From a virus (Duplodnaviria; Caudoviricetes): a stretch of DNA of 50,864 nucleotides. Positions 18,168 to 27,015 of the stretch are shown one piece after another; position 1 is the stretch's first letter, and every line of letters starts with the position of its first letter. The DNA is taken from positions 1-50,864 of the IMG/VR virus record IMGVR_UViG_3300012990_000003; one strand, given 5' to 3'. The notes under the pieces were generated by a model that was given only the letters and a program-made list of their open reading frames with translations, had not been told where the DNA came from and searched no databases. The position numbers and the translations under genes were made by a program.

Positions 18168-18815
18168 ATGAGAAAGAGAAAAAACATGCGTGATCTTACA
18201 AAAGAAGAGCTATCTTTGCTGGCAGAAGAAGGCAAAAGTGTTAAAGAAATGTCATATATTCTGGGTATTCCGGCGGCAAAAGTAAGGGATTTTCTTAAAC
18301 TGTTCAATGTCCCTATACAAAAACCTAGAATTGTATGGGATGAAGCAAGAGTTATCGAACTTAAAAACCATATCGCGGCAGGCCTAACGTATGTCGAAAT
18401 AGCAGAGATTTACCATGTTTCTAAGCAACGTATCGAACAGGTGGTAAGGGAAAAACTTAAAGAGACGGGGCGCATACCGAATGAAAGAGTTACAAAGCGA
18501 AATAGGTTTACCGGCCCCGAATGGAGGATACGAAAACTATTACAATGTGGGACTGATCACTTAGATAGATCAAAACTTTGCGTAGAAGATTTTCTTCCCT
18601 TGCCAACGCACTGTCCTATTCTTTCTATTGAACTAAATTATGCGTCATTTGGCAGATCCGATTTTAGCCCCTCGATAGATCGCATAGACAACTCTAAAGG
18701 ATATACGAAAGATAACGTCACTATCATGTCGTGGAGAGCCAATCGCATTAAAAATAACGGAACGGCAGAAGAACATAAACTTATATATGAATATCTCATG
18801 TCTAAAGGCCTCTAG
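18168..18815 (+). CDS. HNH-type homing endonuclease with N-terminal HTH repeats
   Basis: Two HTH-like segments (GKSVKEMSYILG; GLTYVEIAEIYHVSKQRIEQ) and CPIL...SPSIDRIDNSKGYTKDNV...ANRIK. Confidence 0.85.
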   Translation: MRKRKNMRDLTKEELSLLAEEGKSVKEMSYILGIPAAKVRDFLKLFNVPIQKPRIVWDEARVIELKNHIAAGLTYVEIAEIYHVSKQRIEQVVREKLKETGRIPNERVTKRNRFTGPEWRIRKLLQCGTDHLDRSKLCVEDFLPLPTHCPILSIELNYASFGRSDFSPSIDRIDNSKGYTKDNVTIMSWRANRIKNNGTAEEHKLIYEYLMSKGL

Positions 18816-18827
18816 AAGGGAAAAATA

Positions 18828-19148
18828 ATGTCTAATGAATCCAGTAAGGTTCTAATCGGAAACGCCTATAGATAAGAATCAACGACAGACCCGCACAGAA
18901 CCGCATCGCACAGTACTACAATCTATCTGTCTGTTCCTGACCACGGATACTGGATTTTCAAGAACTTAGGACCAGATTCCTTTATGCACACTTCCTTGAA
19001 TATCCTACCTGCCGTAGAGAGAGTACTTACTGCGGACGGCGCTGGATACGTAAAGTCTGGGACATTTAAGTATACACTAAACGACGCAGGAAAACCAGTA
19101 ATTTATCCTAACCAAGACCATCGCACGTTCACTGAACTGTTGCAATAG
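18828..19148 (+). pseudogene. 106-codon gene interrupted by one in-frame TAA; HPN-family-like
   Basis: RBS and ATG at 18828, TAA at 18873-18875, same frame stays open to TAG at 19148 and ends AGKPVIYPNQD. Confidence 0.6.
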
Positions 19149-19234
19149 TAATAGACCCACTACCATCAGTGCGCTTTCCTAGTAATTCGGTAAAGCTAAC
19201 CAATCACCAGCCACTAACTAAGGAGACTAACACT

Positions 19235-19519
19235 ATGGCCGTCGCAAAGAAAACGAAAGCTACCACCCCTGCCACTAAAGTAAAGAAAGTCCCTGCCGCG
19301 ATATTTGACGCAACTGTGAAAGCAGATACAATTTTTGTTTTTTGTCGGTATTGCAGGGAACACGAAACCTTTACGGGTATCGATGCCATGAAGAAAGCGA
19401 TAAACCGGATCGAAGTTGACATGGAAGATGGTGCTCACAGAGCAGACGACTACACGATTATCGTCGGTAAGAAAGCTGAACTGAAAACTTCGAAAATCGA
19501 AGCAGACATTAGCTTCTAA
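19235..19519 (+). CDS. Hypothetical protein
   Basis: AAGGAG RBS; FCRYC motif. Confidence 0.75.
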   Translation: MAVAKKTKATTPATKVKKVPAAIFDATVKADTIFVFCRYCREHETFTGIDAMKKAINRIEVDMEDGAHRADDYTIIVGKKAELKTSKIEADISF

Positions 19520-19599
19520 GCTGTACGATCAGGAAGCCTTATATTTCCCCCCCCAGCATAGGGCTTCCGAATGGTACAACCTGAAGGAGACTGAAGACG

Positions 19600-19812
19600 A
19601 TGAGTGACAACGAACAAAACCAGAAGCAAGCCAAGAGTGCCAAAGACGCCCTCAATCGCGTACAAGGTCAGCTCAAGGAAGCGAAACGCAAAGCATTTGA
19701 AGCAACCTTGAAAGGAAAAGCCGAAGAACTGAACGCTACCGAAGCACTGCTGCGTAAGAAAACTGCCGAAATCGAAGAACTCCTGGCAGAAAATTCCTAC
19801 CTGTACGAATAA
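19600..19812 (+). CDS. Small coiled-coil protein
   Basis: AAGGAG RBS; Lys/Glu/Ala-rich heptads. Confidence 0.75.
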   Translation: MSDNEQNQKQAKSAKDALNRVQGQLKEAKRKAFEATLKGKAEELNATEALLRKKTAEIEELLAENSYLYE

Positions 19813-19923
19813 GACTTACTACGCCGGCGATGTTACCATTGGGTTAGGGGTATATATTTCTTCCTAGATATACTGCCCCTAGCTTTGTGCTAATAATTAT
19901 ATATACTAGAGAGGATTACGTCC

Positions 19924-20517
19924 ATGCCTCAAGATTCTTATACGAACACAAAGAACTACGAAATGCGCTACAATGCTGTCGAATTGTCGCGAGTATGCGA
20001 AACAGAGAACGCCGTATTCTTGCTGAATGTTGCTGGCGCTAAGACAAGCGTAGAGCACCTAGCAGAAGACGGGTTTTCTATGAAAGTAGCTGTACGCGCT
20101 CGCTACTCTGATTACAGCAAGGTTACGTTCTATAAAGATGGCTCTGTATTCTCTTTCCGTATCAAGCAGAACCTCTCTAAGACTTCCTTGCCGAATATAC
20201 TCAGCATGCTTTCGTGCCGAAGCATTAAGAATTGTTCTGGGGTTCAATCTGTCACTGTGCCTGTGACTCCGATGATTTCAAGGGAAGTTGAGCAGCCACT
20301 ATCATCGTCGCCTCCGTCATTATCTGGCTACACAGAGTTAGAGCTTCTCGAAGAACTTAGCTCCCGCATTAACGTGTCTACTACGAAACGTCCGACGGTA
20401 AAGCCCGTGGATGACATGACTAACGTAGTGAAACTCGCAGAGCGCTCTCGGTTGCTCGCGGATAGAATTAACGCGGCCCTTAATACGGAGGTTGTTGCAG
20501 ATTATGACGTGGCATAG
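19924..20517 (+). CDS. Hypothetical protein
   Basis: GAGG RBS; 197 aa. Confidence 0.7.
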   Translation: MPQDSYTNTKNYEMRYNAVELSRVCETENAVFLLNVAGAKTSVEHLAEDGFSMKVAVRARYSDYSKVTFYKDGSVFSFRIKQNLSKTSLPNILSMLSCRSIKNCSGVQSVTVPVTPMISREVEQPLSSSPPSLSGYTELELLEELSSRINVSTTKRPTVKPVDDMTNVVKLAERSRLLADRINAALNTEVVADYDVA

Positions 20518-20815
20518 AGATACCGTCAAGGACAAGAAGCGCCGCGAGGTCGGCGTTATCGAAGACCCCCTAGAATCTTATCAAGGTAAGTGGGTTAACG
20601 TTTACTTCCATAAAGACGGAAGAACCTGTAAAGGTAATGTTGTAGTAGATTCAGAGAAAGAAGCCCTTGATGTTGCTAAAACATGGTTTCTCTCACGAAG
20701 AGATGACTATCGATACAAGGAATTTCCGTTTGGCGATCAAGTATCCATTTATCCTTTTCCCGGAAGCATTGACGTATTCGATATAACGCACGCTATTCAG
20801 ATTCCATGTAAATAA
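20504..20815 (+). CDS. Hypothetical protein
   Basis: GGAGG upstream of ATG at 20504; WVNVY motif. Confidence 0.65.
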   Translation: MTWHRDTVKDKKRREVGVIEDPLESYQGKWVNVYFHKDGRTCKGNVVVDSEKEALDVAKTWFLSRRDDYRYKEFPFGDQVSIYPFPGSIDVFDITHAIQIPCK

Positions 20816-20831
20816 GGAAGGCCAAAAAGAC

Positions 20832-21176
20832 ATGACTGAAGTACTCATGCACCCTTTCTACCCATATCTTAAGCCGGGTAATGCTATCGTTCGTAGGGAT
20901 GGACAAACATACAAGATTACCCGTTCTGATGAATTCGATGACAATTGGCCCGGAGGGCATAAGATATTCCGCAGTTATATAGGTTATTGGGATGCTTCTT
21001 TAGCGGCAGCGAGAACTGACTTAGCCATGTCGTATCCTAATGGGGGACTCGTTGAGGACAGGGATGCGGTAGGGATTATCCTTGACGTAAAGCTTGATCC
21101 TAAGACGAACAAGCCGCACCCGAATAGCAAGGTTCTCTTTCCGAATGATTTGCCTGCCTATGTAGTTCATATATAG
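20832..21176 (+). CDS. HPN-motif small protein
   Basis: LKPGNAIVRRDG N-terminus; C-terminal KTNKPHPNSKV. Confidence 0.7.
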   Translation: MTEVLMHPFYPYLKPGNAIVRRDGQTYKITRSDEFDDNWPGGHKIFRSYIGYWDASLAAARTDLAMSYPNGGLVEDRDAVGIILDVKLDPKTNKPHPNSKVLFPNDLPAYVVHI

Positions 21177-21177
21177 A

Positions 21178-21465
21178 ATGGCAGATACCCAGAGAAAGGT
21201 TCGATCCTTAAAGAGGAAGTACGGCCCTAACTGTACTTACTGCGAAAGGGAGATGATCTTCGATACTAAGCAGTATCATCTTCATCTACCGAATTACGCA
21301 ACCCTCGACCACGTACGCCCTAAATCTCAGGGTGGCACTGCTAGGCTAGATAATCTATGCCTCGCTTGTTCCTCGTGCAACAACAAACGGCAGACTATTC
21401 CGTTCCTAGACTTCATATTTCATATCAACGAACAACACAAGCGCTTCCCCAAGGGGGAAAGCTAA
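21178..21465 (+). CDS. Small HNH endonuclease
   Basis: CTYC...TLDHVRPKSQGG...NLCLACSSCNNKR. Confidence 0.9.
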   Translation: MADTQRKVRSLKRKYGPNCTYCEREMIFDTKQYHLHLPNYATLDHVRPKSQGGTARLDNLCLACSSCNNKRQTIPFLDFIFHINEQHKRFPKGES

Positions 21466-21650
21466 GGATGATGCGTGTAAAAAATGTTTAACTATTATCT
21501 GTACTTGACTAAGGCGGCTGCGCCTTACGCAGCGTTTCAATCTCTTGATGTTGCTACGCACGTAACTCAAGAACTTAAGGCGGCTAAATTTCCTAAGGCA
21601 GTCTTAGAAGATTCAGACGGAAATGTATTAGATATCTAAGGAGTAAAGAT

Positions 21651-21842
21651 ATGAATCGTCGCATGAAGTCCCCGCCTAAAAAGAAAATCAAAATCCGTAA
21701 CTCTATGTATAACGATAAGGTTTTAGTACCTTTCGTCATGCGCCACGGAAAGCTGATTGACGTGGAGAAGCACAACAACTACATCTTCACTAGCAAGGGC
21801 CTATCGAAACCTATTCGCGGTGAGGCAGAAGTTTACCATTAA
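21651..21842 (+). CDS. Hypothetical basic protein
   Basis: AAGGAG RBS. Confidence 0.65.
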   Translation: MNRRMKSPPKKKIKIRNSMYNDKVLVPFVMRHGKLIDVEKHNNYIFTSKGLSKPIRGEAEVYH

Positions 21843-21859
21843 GTGAAAGGATCGCTATC

Positions 21860-22111
21860 ATGCCGTTCGAGAAACCCTCCAATGTCATCACATCCTTCGA
21901 AGAGTATTTCATTTACTCTATCCTCGATAACGTAGAGAGCCGTCACGTTAAGGCGCAATTGAAGCGCGTTCGGCGCAGGTATCCCACAATCCTGTGGGGC
22001 GAGACTATCCCTACATGCGCTATATGTACGGCAGAGCAGGATAATAGCGATGGGTCAATCCTCGTGAAACCCCTTAATGAAGACTCGTACTTTTACGGAG
22101 GAAGACTATGA
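21860..22111 (+). CDS. Hypothetical protein
   Basis: AAGGA RBS; ATGA overlap with the next gene. Confidence 0.65.
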   Translation: MPFEKPSNVITSFEEYFIYSILDNVESRHVKAQLKRVRRRYPTILWGETIPTCAICTAEQDNSDGSILVKPLNEDSYFYGGRL

Positions 22112-22497
22112 CCTATCCGGTAGGAGCAGTCCTAGTCTGCTGCACCAGAGATGCGCGCGGAATACAAGTTTTAGATACTGCGTATCTGTGGGTTAAAGAC
22201 AAATCCGTGAAGAAAATTTACGATAAATATTCTCCGTACAATGTGGGAAATGTAATCGACTATATTCGGGTAGATACTTATCTAGATCATCGCAATGGTT
22301 TTCGTGATTCATGGGTAATACCTCCCGGAGTGCTGCGAACTACCGAAGACCACCAAGACGTACACCCTAACGCAGATGTATCTATAATCCTTAATTGCTC
22401 CAAAGATGGGGATTGGGCGGCTTTGTGCGGTAAATACCCGCTTGAGGAGCAGAAAGAAATGCTGAGGCTAGCACACGAAGCAGAGAGGCAGAGATGA
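22108..22497 (+). CDS. HPN-motif small protein
   Basis: GGAGG RBS; PGVLRTTEDHQDVHPNADVS. Confidence 0.7.
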   Translation: MTYPVGAVLVCCTRDARGIQVLDTAYLWVKDKSVKKIYDKYSPYNVGNVIDYIRVDTYLDHRNGFRDSWVIPPGVLRTTEDHQDVHPNADVSIILNCSKDGDWAALCGKYPLEEQKEMLRLAHEAERQR

Positions 22498-22844
22498 TCG
22501 GAGGACTTTTATTAGCTCGAGCAAGGGACAATCCTCACTCAAGAATCTTTAAGAACCACATAAGTATCGGCTATATCTGGATAGAAGATACGAAACTAAT
22601 TAAAGCCTACGATGCCGAAGTTAGGGACCCACAGTATGCTTATCGCCCGATCTTTCCTGTCGGGCATATTTTTCCCGGTGACAACCTCGCGCACGGCTAC
22701 TTAAGAGATCCACAATTGGTAGTCCTTAGACCCGGAGCTATACGCCTTACTGCCGAAGGGACGGCTCTGCACCCTAATGCAGACCTGTCTTATCTGTACG
22801 ATATAACTCAAATTCCGAAGGAGTTAATATATAATGAAGATTAA
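22494..22844 (+). CDS. HPN-motif small protein, paralog of the preceding gene
   Basis: PGAIRLTAEGTALHPNADLS; YIWIED matches YLWVKD of the neighbour. Confidence 0.7.
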   Translation: MIGGLLLARARDNPHSRIFKNHISIGYIWIEDTKLIKAYDAEVRDPQYAYRPIFPVGHIFPGDNLAHGYLRDPQLVVLRPGAIRLTAEGTALHPNADLSYLYDITQIPKELIYNED

Positions 22845-23061
22845 AGATTTAATATCACACCTTCAAACACTGAACCCTGAGTTAGAGTTAGTTATCACGA
22901 ATTCATACTGGATGAGTACTTGTGCAATTGAAATCTCAGACATAAAACATTCTGACGAGGATTGCAGTTTCAAAACTGACGGACGCATCGTTCCTATGCA
23001 AGAAAAATCGTATTTAAAGGATGAATGGTCCTCGAAAGAGTGCTATCTAATAAAGACTTAA
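22834..23061 (+). CDS. Hypothetical protein
   Basis: AAGGAG RBS; MKIKDLISHLQTLNPELEL is a common small-phage-protein start. Confidence 0.7.
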   Translation: MKIKDLISHLQTLNPELELVITNSYWMSTCAIEISDIKHSDEDCSFKTDGRIVPMQEKSYLKDEWSSKECYLIKT

Positions 23062-23078
23062 TTGAGGAGTAGTATTAA

Positions 23079-24260
23079 ATGCTTAAAATAATCGGCAAAC
23101 ACGACGACAACACTATCATGCAAGCGCGGAATGTGCTAGACAAAGGCGCAGATAAGTTCGTTCTTTGCGCAGATGGTCACATGGGATACGGTCACCCTAT
23201 CGGCGGCGTAGCGGCCTATAAGGGGAAAATCTCTATCTCTGGCGTAGGCTTCGATATCGCTTGCGGTAACATGGCTGTGAAGCTGCCAATCAAGGCGGCA
23301 GAAGTAAAGGATTGGGATGCAGTAGGCCGTGAAGTCTACTCGCAAGTGCCCTTCGGTGTAGGTCGTACTAACAAGACCCCCGTAGAGGCCGAATTTCTCG
23401 ATACCAGGGCCAATTGGGAGAATCCGGCTATCAAGGGGCTTAAAGATCTTGCAGCCTCTCAGCTAGGCACTGTGGGCTCAGGAAACCACTATGTAGACAT
23501 CTTCAAGGATGAAGAAGATTTCGTATGGGTAGGCGTTCACTTCGGCTCTCGCGGCTTAGGTCATAAGGCCACTACGCACTTCCTTAAGTACTTAGGCGCT
23601 AAGGACGGCATGGACTCTGATCCGTGCTTGGTAGACATGGACTCTGACATCGGTGAGGCCTATTTCGAGGCTATGAATCTTGGCGGGCTGTATGCGTATG
23701 CGGGCCGCGAATGGGTCTGCAAGACTGTGGCAGAGATTCTCTTAGGTAAGACGAACAATGGCTACTACCTCGATATGGTTCACAACCACCACAACTTTGC
23801 GTGGATCGAAGAGCATGCAGGCGAGAAATACTTCGTCGTTCGTAAAGGCTCTACTCCTGCCTTCCCTGACCAGAGATCCTTTATCGGATCTAACATGCTC
23901 GATCAGAGTGTGATTGTTCGTGGGCTAGACACCCCCGAAGCTAAAGAGAACATGTACTCCACCGTCCATGGTGCAGGAAGAATCATGTCTCGGACTAAAG
24001 CCGCCGGTAAGTTTAAGGGATGGGGAGCTAAGAAGGTTCGAGTAACCCCCGGTCTAATCGACGAGGACGAAATGAGAAAAGAGGCCGCCGCTAATGGCGT
24101 TCATCTGTTCGGTGCTGGCGCAGACGAAGCTCCCGGCTGCTATAAGAAACTGGATGAAGTCCTAGAGTTTCATAAGGACTCGGTAGCAGTGGAAACTCGC
24201 CTCACGCCCATCGTAGTTTGCATGGCTGGCGGCGATGTGGTTGATCCTTATAAAGATTAA
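23079..24260 (+). CDS. rtcB: RtcB RNA ligase
   Basis: DGHMGYGHPIGG, GFDIACG, QLGTVGSGNHY, HFGSRGLG, HNHHN, RKGST, HGAGRIMSR and DEAPGCYK motifs. Confidence 0.95.
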   Translation: MLKIIGKHDDNTIMQARNVLDKGADKFVLCADGHMGYGHPIGGVAAYKGKISISGVGFDIACGNMAVKLPIKAAEVKDWDAVGREVYSQVPFGVGRTNKTPVEAEFLDTRANWENPAIKGLKDLAASQLGTVGSGNHYVDIFKDEEDFVWVGVHFGSRGLGHKATTHFLKYLGAKDGMDSDPCLVDMDSDIGEAYFEAMNLGGLYAYAGREWVCKTVAEILLGKTNNGYYLDMVHNHHNFAWIEEHAGEKYFVVRKGSTPAFPDQRSFIGSNMLDQSVIVRGLDTPEAKENMYSTVHGAGRIMSRTKAAGKFKGWGAKKVRVTPGLIDEDEMRKEAAANGVHLFGAGADEAPGCYKKLDEVLEFHKDSVAVETRLTPIVVCMAGGDVVDPYKD

Positions 24261-24653
24261 ATGAAGAAAGGTTTCACTATCATGTCGCACCACGAAGAAT
24301 TTATACTTGATGGGAAAGAGCTACTTCCTGGCGACGCAGTAGTGCTATCCGGTAGGCAGGACACCGACTTCTGGCAGATACACAGTATTCGAGATTCTAT
24401 AAGCCACCAGTACGGCGTGGAAAGACTCCCGAATCCTATAGTAACCATAGCGTTTACCAACGGTATCAGGGGGCAATGGTTAAGTACGCCGTATAAAGGG
24501 AAACTGCTATACGGCAGATACAATTTGAAGGAGTTGCACGGAATGGATATCCAAGGCGTAATACGCTCGTCTGACATAAAAGCACTACCGAATGGGGATA
24601 TGCACCCCAACAGTAAAGTAACACCCATAGCTCGAGAGAAAGGGACAGATTGA
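24261..24653 (+). CDS. HPN-motif small protein
   Basis: LLPGDAVVLSG N-terminus; KALPNGDMHPNSKV C-terminus; start possibly the second ATG. Confidence 0.7.
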   Translation: MKKGFTIMSHHEEFILDGKELLPGDAVVLSGRQDTDFWQIHSIRDSISHQYGVERLPNPIVTIAFTNGIRGQWLSTPYKGKLLYGRYNLKELHGMDIQGVIRSSDIKALPNGDMHPNSKVTPIAREKGTD

Positions 24654-25024
24654 AAATGGCTTGTAATATTCCGTTCAGAATTAAACCGGGACACGTACTT
24701 GTTCCTGTAGAAGATGAAAAGCGAGTCTATACGGTGAAGTACGCTCCGACCGCCTATACGTACAATACTTGCCAGAATTGCGGTGAGTCGTGCGAAGAAG
24801 GCAATTGGTGTGATGGGTGCGAAGATGAAGTCTCAGTAGATCAAGAACACATTGTAGAGATCGTAGCGAAGGACATTAACACGACATATGACTCTTATTT
24901 AGCTTTCTCAGACAGAGATTATGACGGACATATCTATACTAACTTCGATGAGAAGTATAAGGTATACCGTCGGACTAACGAAGCTGACCCGAAATGCACT
25001 AACTATGTCGAGTTAGAAACGTAG
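24650..25024 (+). CDS. Hypothetical protein with zinc ribbon
   Basis: CQNC...CDGC; IKPGHVLV N-terminus. Confidence 0.7.
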   Translation: MKMACNIPFRIKPGHVLVPVEDEKRVYTVKYAPTAYTYNTCQNCGESCEEGNWCDGCEDEVSVDQEHIVEIVAKDINTTYDSYLAFSDRDYDGHIYTNFDEKYKVYRRTNEADPKCTNYVELET

Positions 25025-25039
25025 AAGGAGTACTAACCC

Positions 25040-25162
25040 ATGGCTTTCTACAAGAAAATACTATCTAAATTTACGCCTCTCAACGATAAACACTTAACCC
25101 GTATTTACGGAATTGCCCCCACACCCAACTCTAATCCTAAAGCAAAGGAAATTAAGAAATGA
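25040..25162 (+). CDS. 40-aa ORF translationally coupled to the amidoligase
   Basis: AAGGAG RBS; ATGA overlap with 25159. Confidence 0.5.
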   Translation: MAFYKKILSKFTPLNDKHLTRIYGIAPTPNSNPKAKEIKK

Positions 25163-26973
25163 CCGGAACAAAAGCAAAAACCCCCCCGCACTTCCTCACC
25201 CTGATCTCTGGCCCAACAGTAAAAGATATCGGCCCTGTTCTCTTCGCCCCGGCTAAGTCCGCAGCGGCAGTAGAGCGCGAAATGCTCGGCCATAAATACT
25301 ACTACAGCGGTTCAGTATGGGTCGTCCTCGCCCCTCTGTTCTATGCTACCTTCGAAGAGAAGCTGGAAGCAAAAGAATTTATTACCAGCCTGACGACATG
25401 TTCGTACGGCGATTTCACTCCGCGGCAATGTACGGAAGAAGTTGACGTCGAGTACTATACCGTCGAATTCGCAGGATTCTCCGGCGAAGGCGTAGAGAAA
25501 GAGCGCAATATCAATCTCGCTGCCTATACGGCAGAATACATCGACCACTTGGAAGAGTCCAATCGTCGCCCAGAATATTCCTTCGGGCACTCTTTCATGA
25601 AGTATAACAATAAGACCAACGTGTTCCTTGCCTCTCGCGTAGCTACTACGGTAACGTGCGGCATTACTGGCCGGGGCCTTACGGCTGCCGACCGTACCAC
25701 TACTTCTATGTACAACTCTAAAGACTTCTTCACTTCGAATGCGATACTCTCGAAACTTGGCTCCATGCGCGTCTTCGACTTGAATACTTCAGTGTCTAAG
25801 TTCGATCCGAATATCCCTAGCACTATCACGCTGGGCGATGGAACAATCATCACTAAAGGATTCGTCGAAGAAAACCCGGATCAATTCTTTACTTCGCCCC
25901 TTAGCGAGACTATCGCTCGTAAGGCTGTCGCAGTTACTCTGCACAGCGGTCTCGTAGTGTCGAAGGAAGATTTCTCTAAGTTCGGTTTCATCTGCAAAAT
26001 CTCGCAGGAGAAGCACCTCCTGAAAGATAACCCGCGCTCTGGCCATCGCGGTATCGCTGACGCGCACTACGTTCCTAAGTTTACGGAAGTCCTGCGCCCA
26101 CGCGAGTCGGATCCCCTGAATATCTTCGGGCACGTCAACCGCAGCGGAGAGCTTATTCCGGGGCAAATCCCGGCTAAGAAAGGTGACAAGAAAAACCGCG
26201 ACCTTTATCTCTCTATGGAGATTGAAGTCTTCGGGAAGGATGAAACTGCTTCGGCTAAGACTATCGTGGATATCGAAGCTAAACGCCTTGGCATCTGCGT
26301 GTCGGACGGATCCCTCCCTCGGAACGGATTTGAAGTTAAGACTATTCCTACCTACAAATCCTTCCCTGCGGATAAGATTGATGAACTTGTGGGCATATTC
26401 CAGAAGAATAAGATCGATGCTAACGAGAAATGCGGAGTTCACATTCACGTATCTCGCGCCGCGCTTTCAGAGCTACAGGTAGACCGGATCATGTCCTTTG
26501 TCTACTCCTACGGTAACCGCCTTCTGATTGAGAAGGTTGCTGGTCGCGCAGCTAACGAAGAGAACGTTCGTGAATACTGCAAATACGACCGCGCTAAAGA
26601 CCGGCTCTCTGTGAACGTACGGTACGGCAAGAATCAGATCAAGAAAGATTCTGATAAGTACTGCGCTGTCAACGCTCACAAAGAATATACTATCGAGTTC
26701 CGCCTCTTTGCAGGGACGGTCGATCCTGATCGCCTGAAAATGTACACGGATTTCGTTCGAGCCCTTATTGAATTTACTTCTGCCGGGGTATGCAATACTC
26801 CGTATAAAGAAGCAGCTCGGACCCGGGATTTCCTGGCGTTCCTTCTGGACGTTAAATCTAACCGCCGGAAAGAGTATCCGCACCTCATTAACTTCTTGGT
26901 AGGGGAAAAATTTCTGGACCGTAAATCTCGGTCAGAGAAGTCCGCGCCTACCAGTGTCGTGTCACAAGCCTAA
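25159..26973 (+). CDS. Putative amidoligase (COOH-NH2 ligase) with long N-terminal extension
   Basis: MEIEV...DGSL...GFEV...CGVHIHVSR...KYCAVN...TIEFRLFAGT. Confidence 0.85.
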   Translation: MTGTKAKTPPHFLTLISGPTVKDIGPVLFAPAKSAAAVEREMLGHKYYYSGSVWVVLAPLFYATFEEKLEAKEFITSLTTCSYGDFTPRQCTEEVDVEYYTVEFAGFSGEGVEKERNINLAAYTAEYIDHLEESNRRPEYSFGHSFMKYNNKTNVFLASRVATTVTCGITGRGLTAADRTTTSMYNSKDFFTSNAILSKLGSMRVFDLNTSVSKFDPNIPSTITLGDGTIITKGFVEENPDQFFTSPLSETIARKAVAVTLHSGLVVSKEDFSKFGFICKISQEKHLLKDNPRSGHRGIADAHYVPKFTEVLRPRESDPLNIFGHVNRSGELIPGQIPAKKGDKKNRDLYLSMEIEVFGKDETASAKTIVDIEAKRLGICVSDGSLPRNGFEVKTIPTYKSFPADKIDELVGIFQKNKIDANEKCGVHIHVSRAALSELQVDRIMSFVYSYGNRLLIEKVAGRAANEENVREYCKYDRAKDRLSVNVRYGKNQIKKDSDKYCAVNAHKEYTIEFRLFAGTVDPDRLKMYTDFVRALIEFTSAGVCNTPYKEAARTRDFLAFLLDVKSNRRKEYPHLINFLVGEKFLDRKSRSEKSAPTSVVSQA

Positions 26974-27015
26974 TTCATTCTCGTATCAATCTAGTAGTTA
27001 TAAGGAACATAGAAT

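Noticed and set aside
18873-18875. Stop-codon reassignment
   Set aside because: All long conserved genes are uninterrupted in the standard code, and TAA, TAG and TGA all end genes
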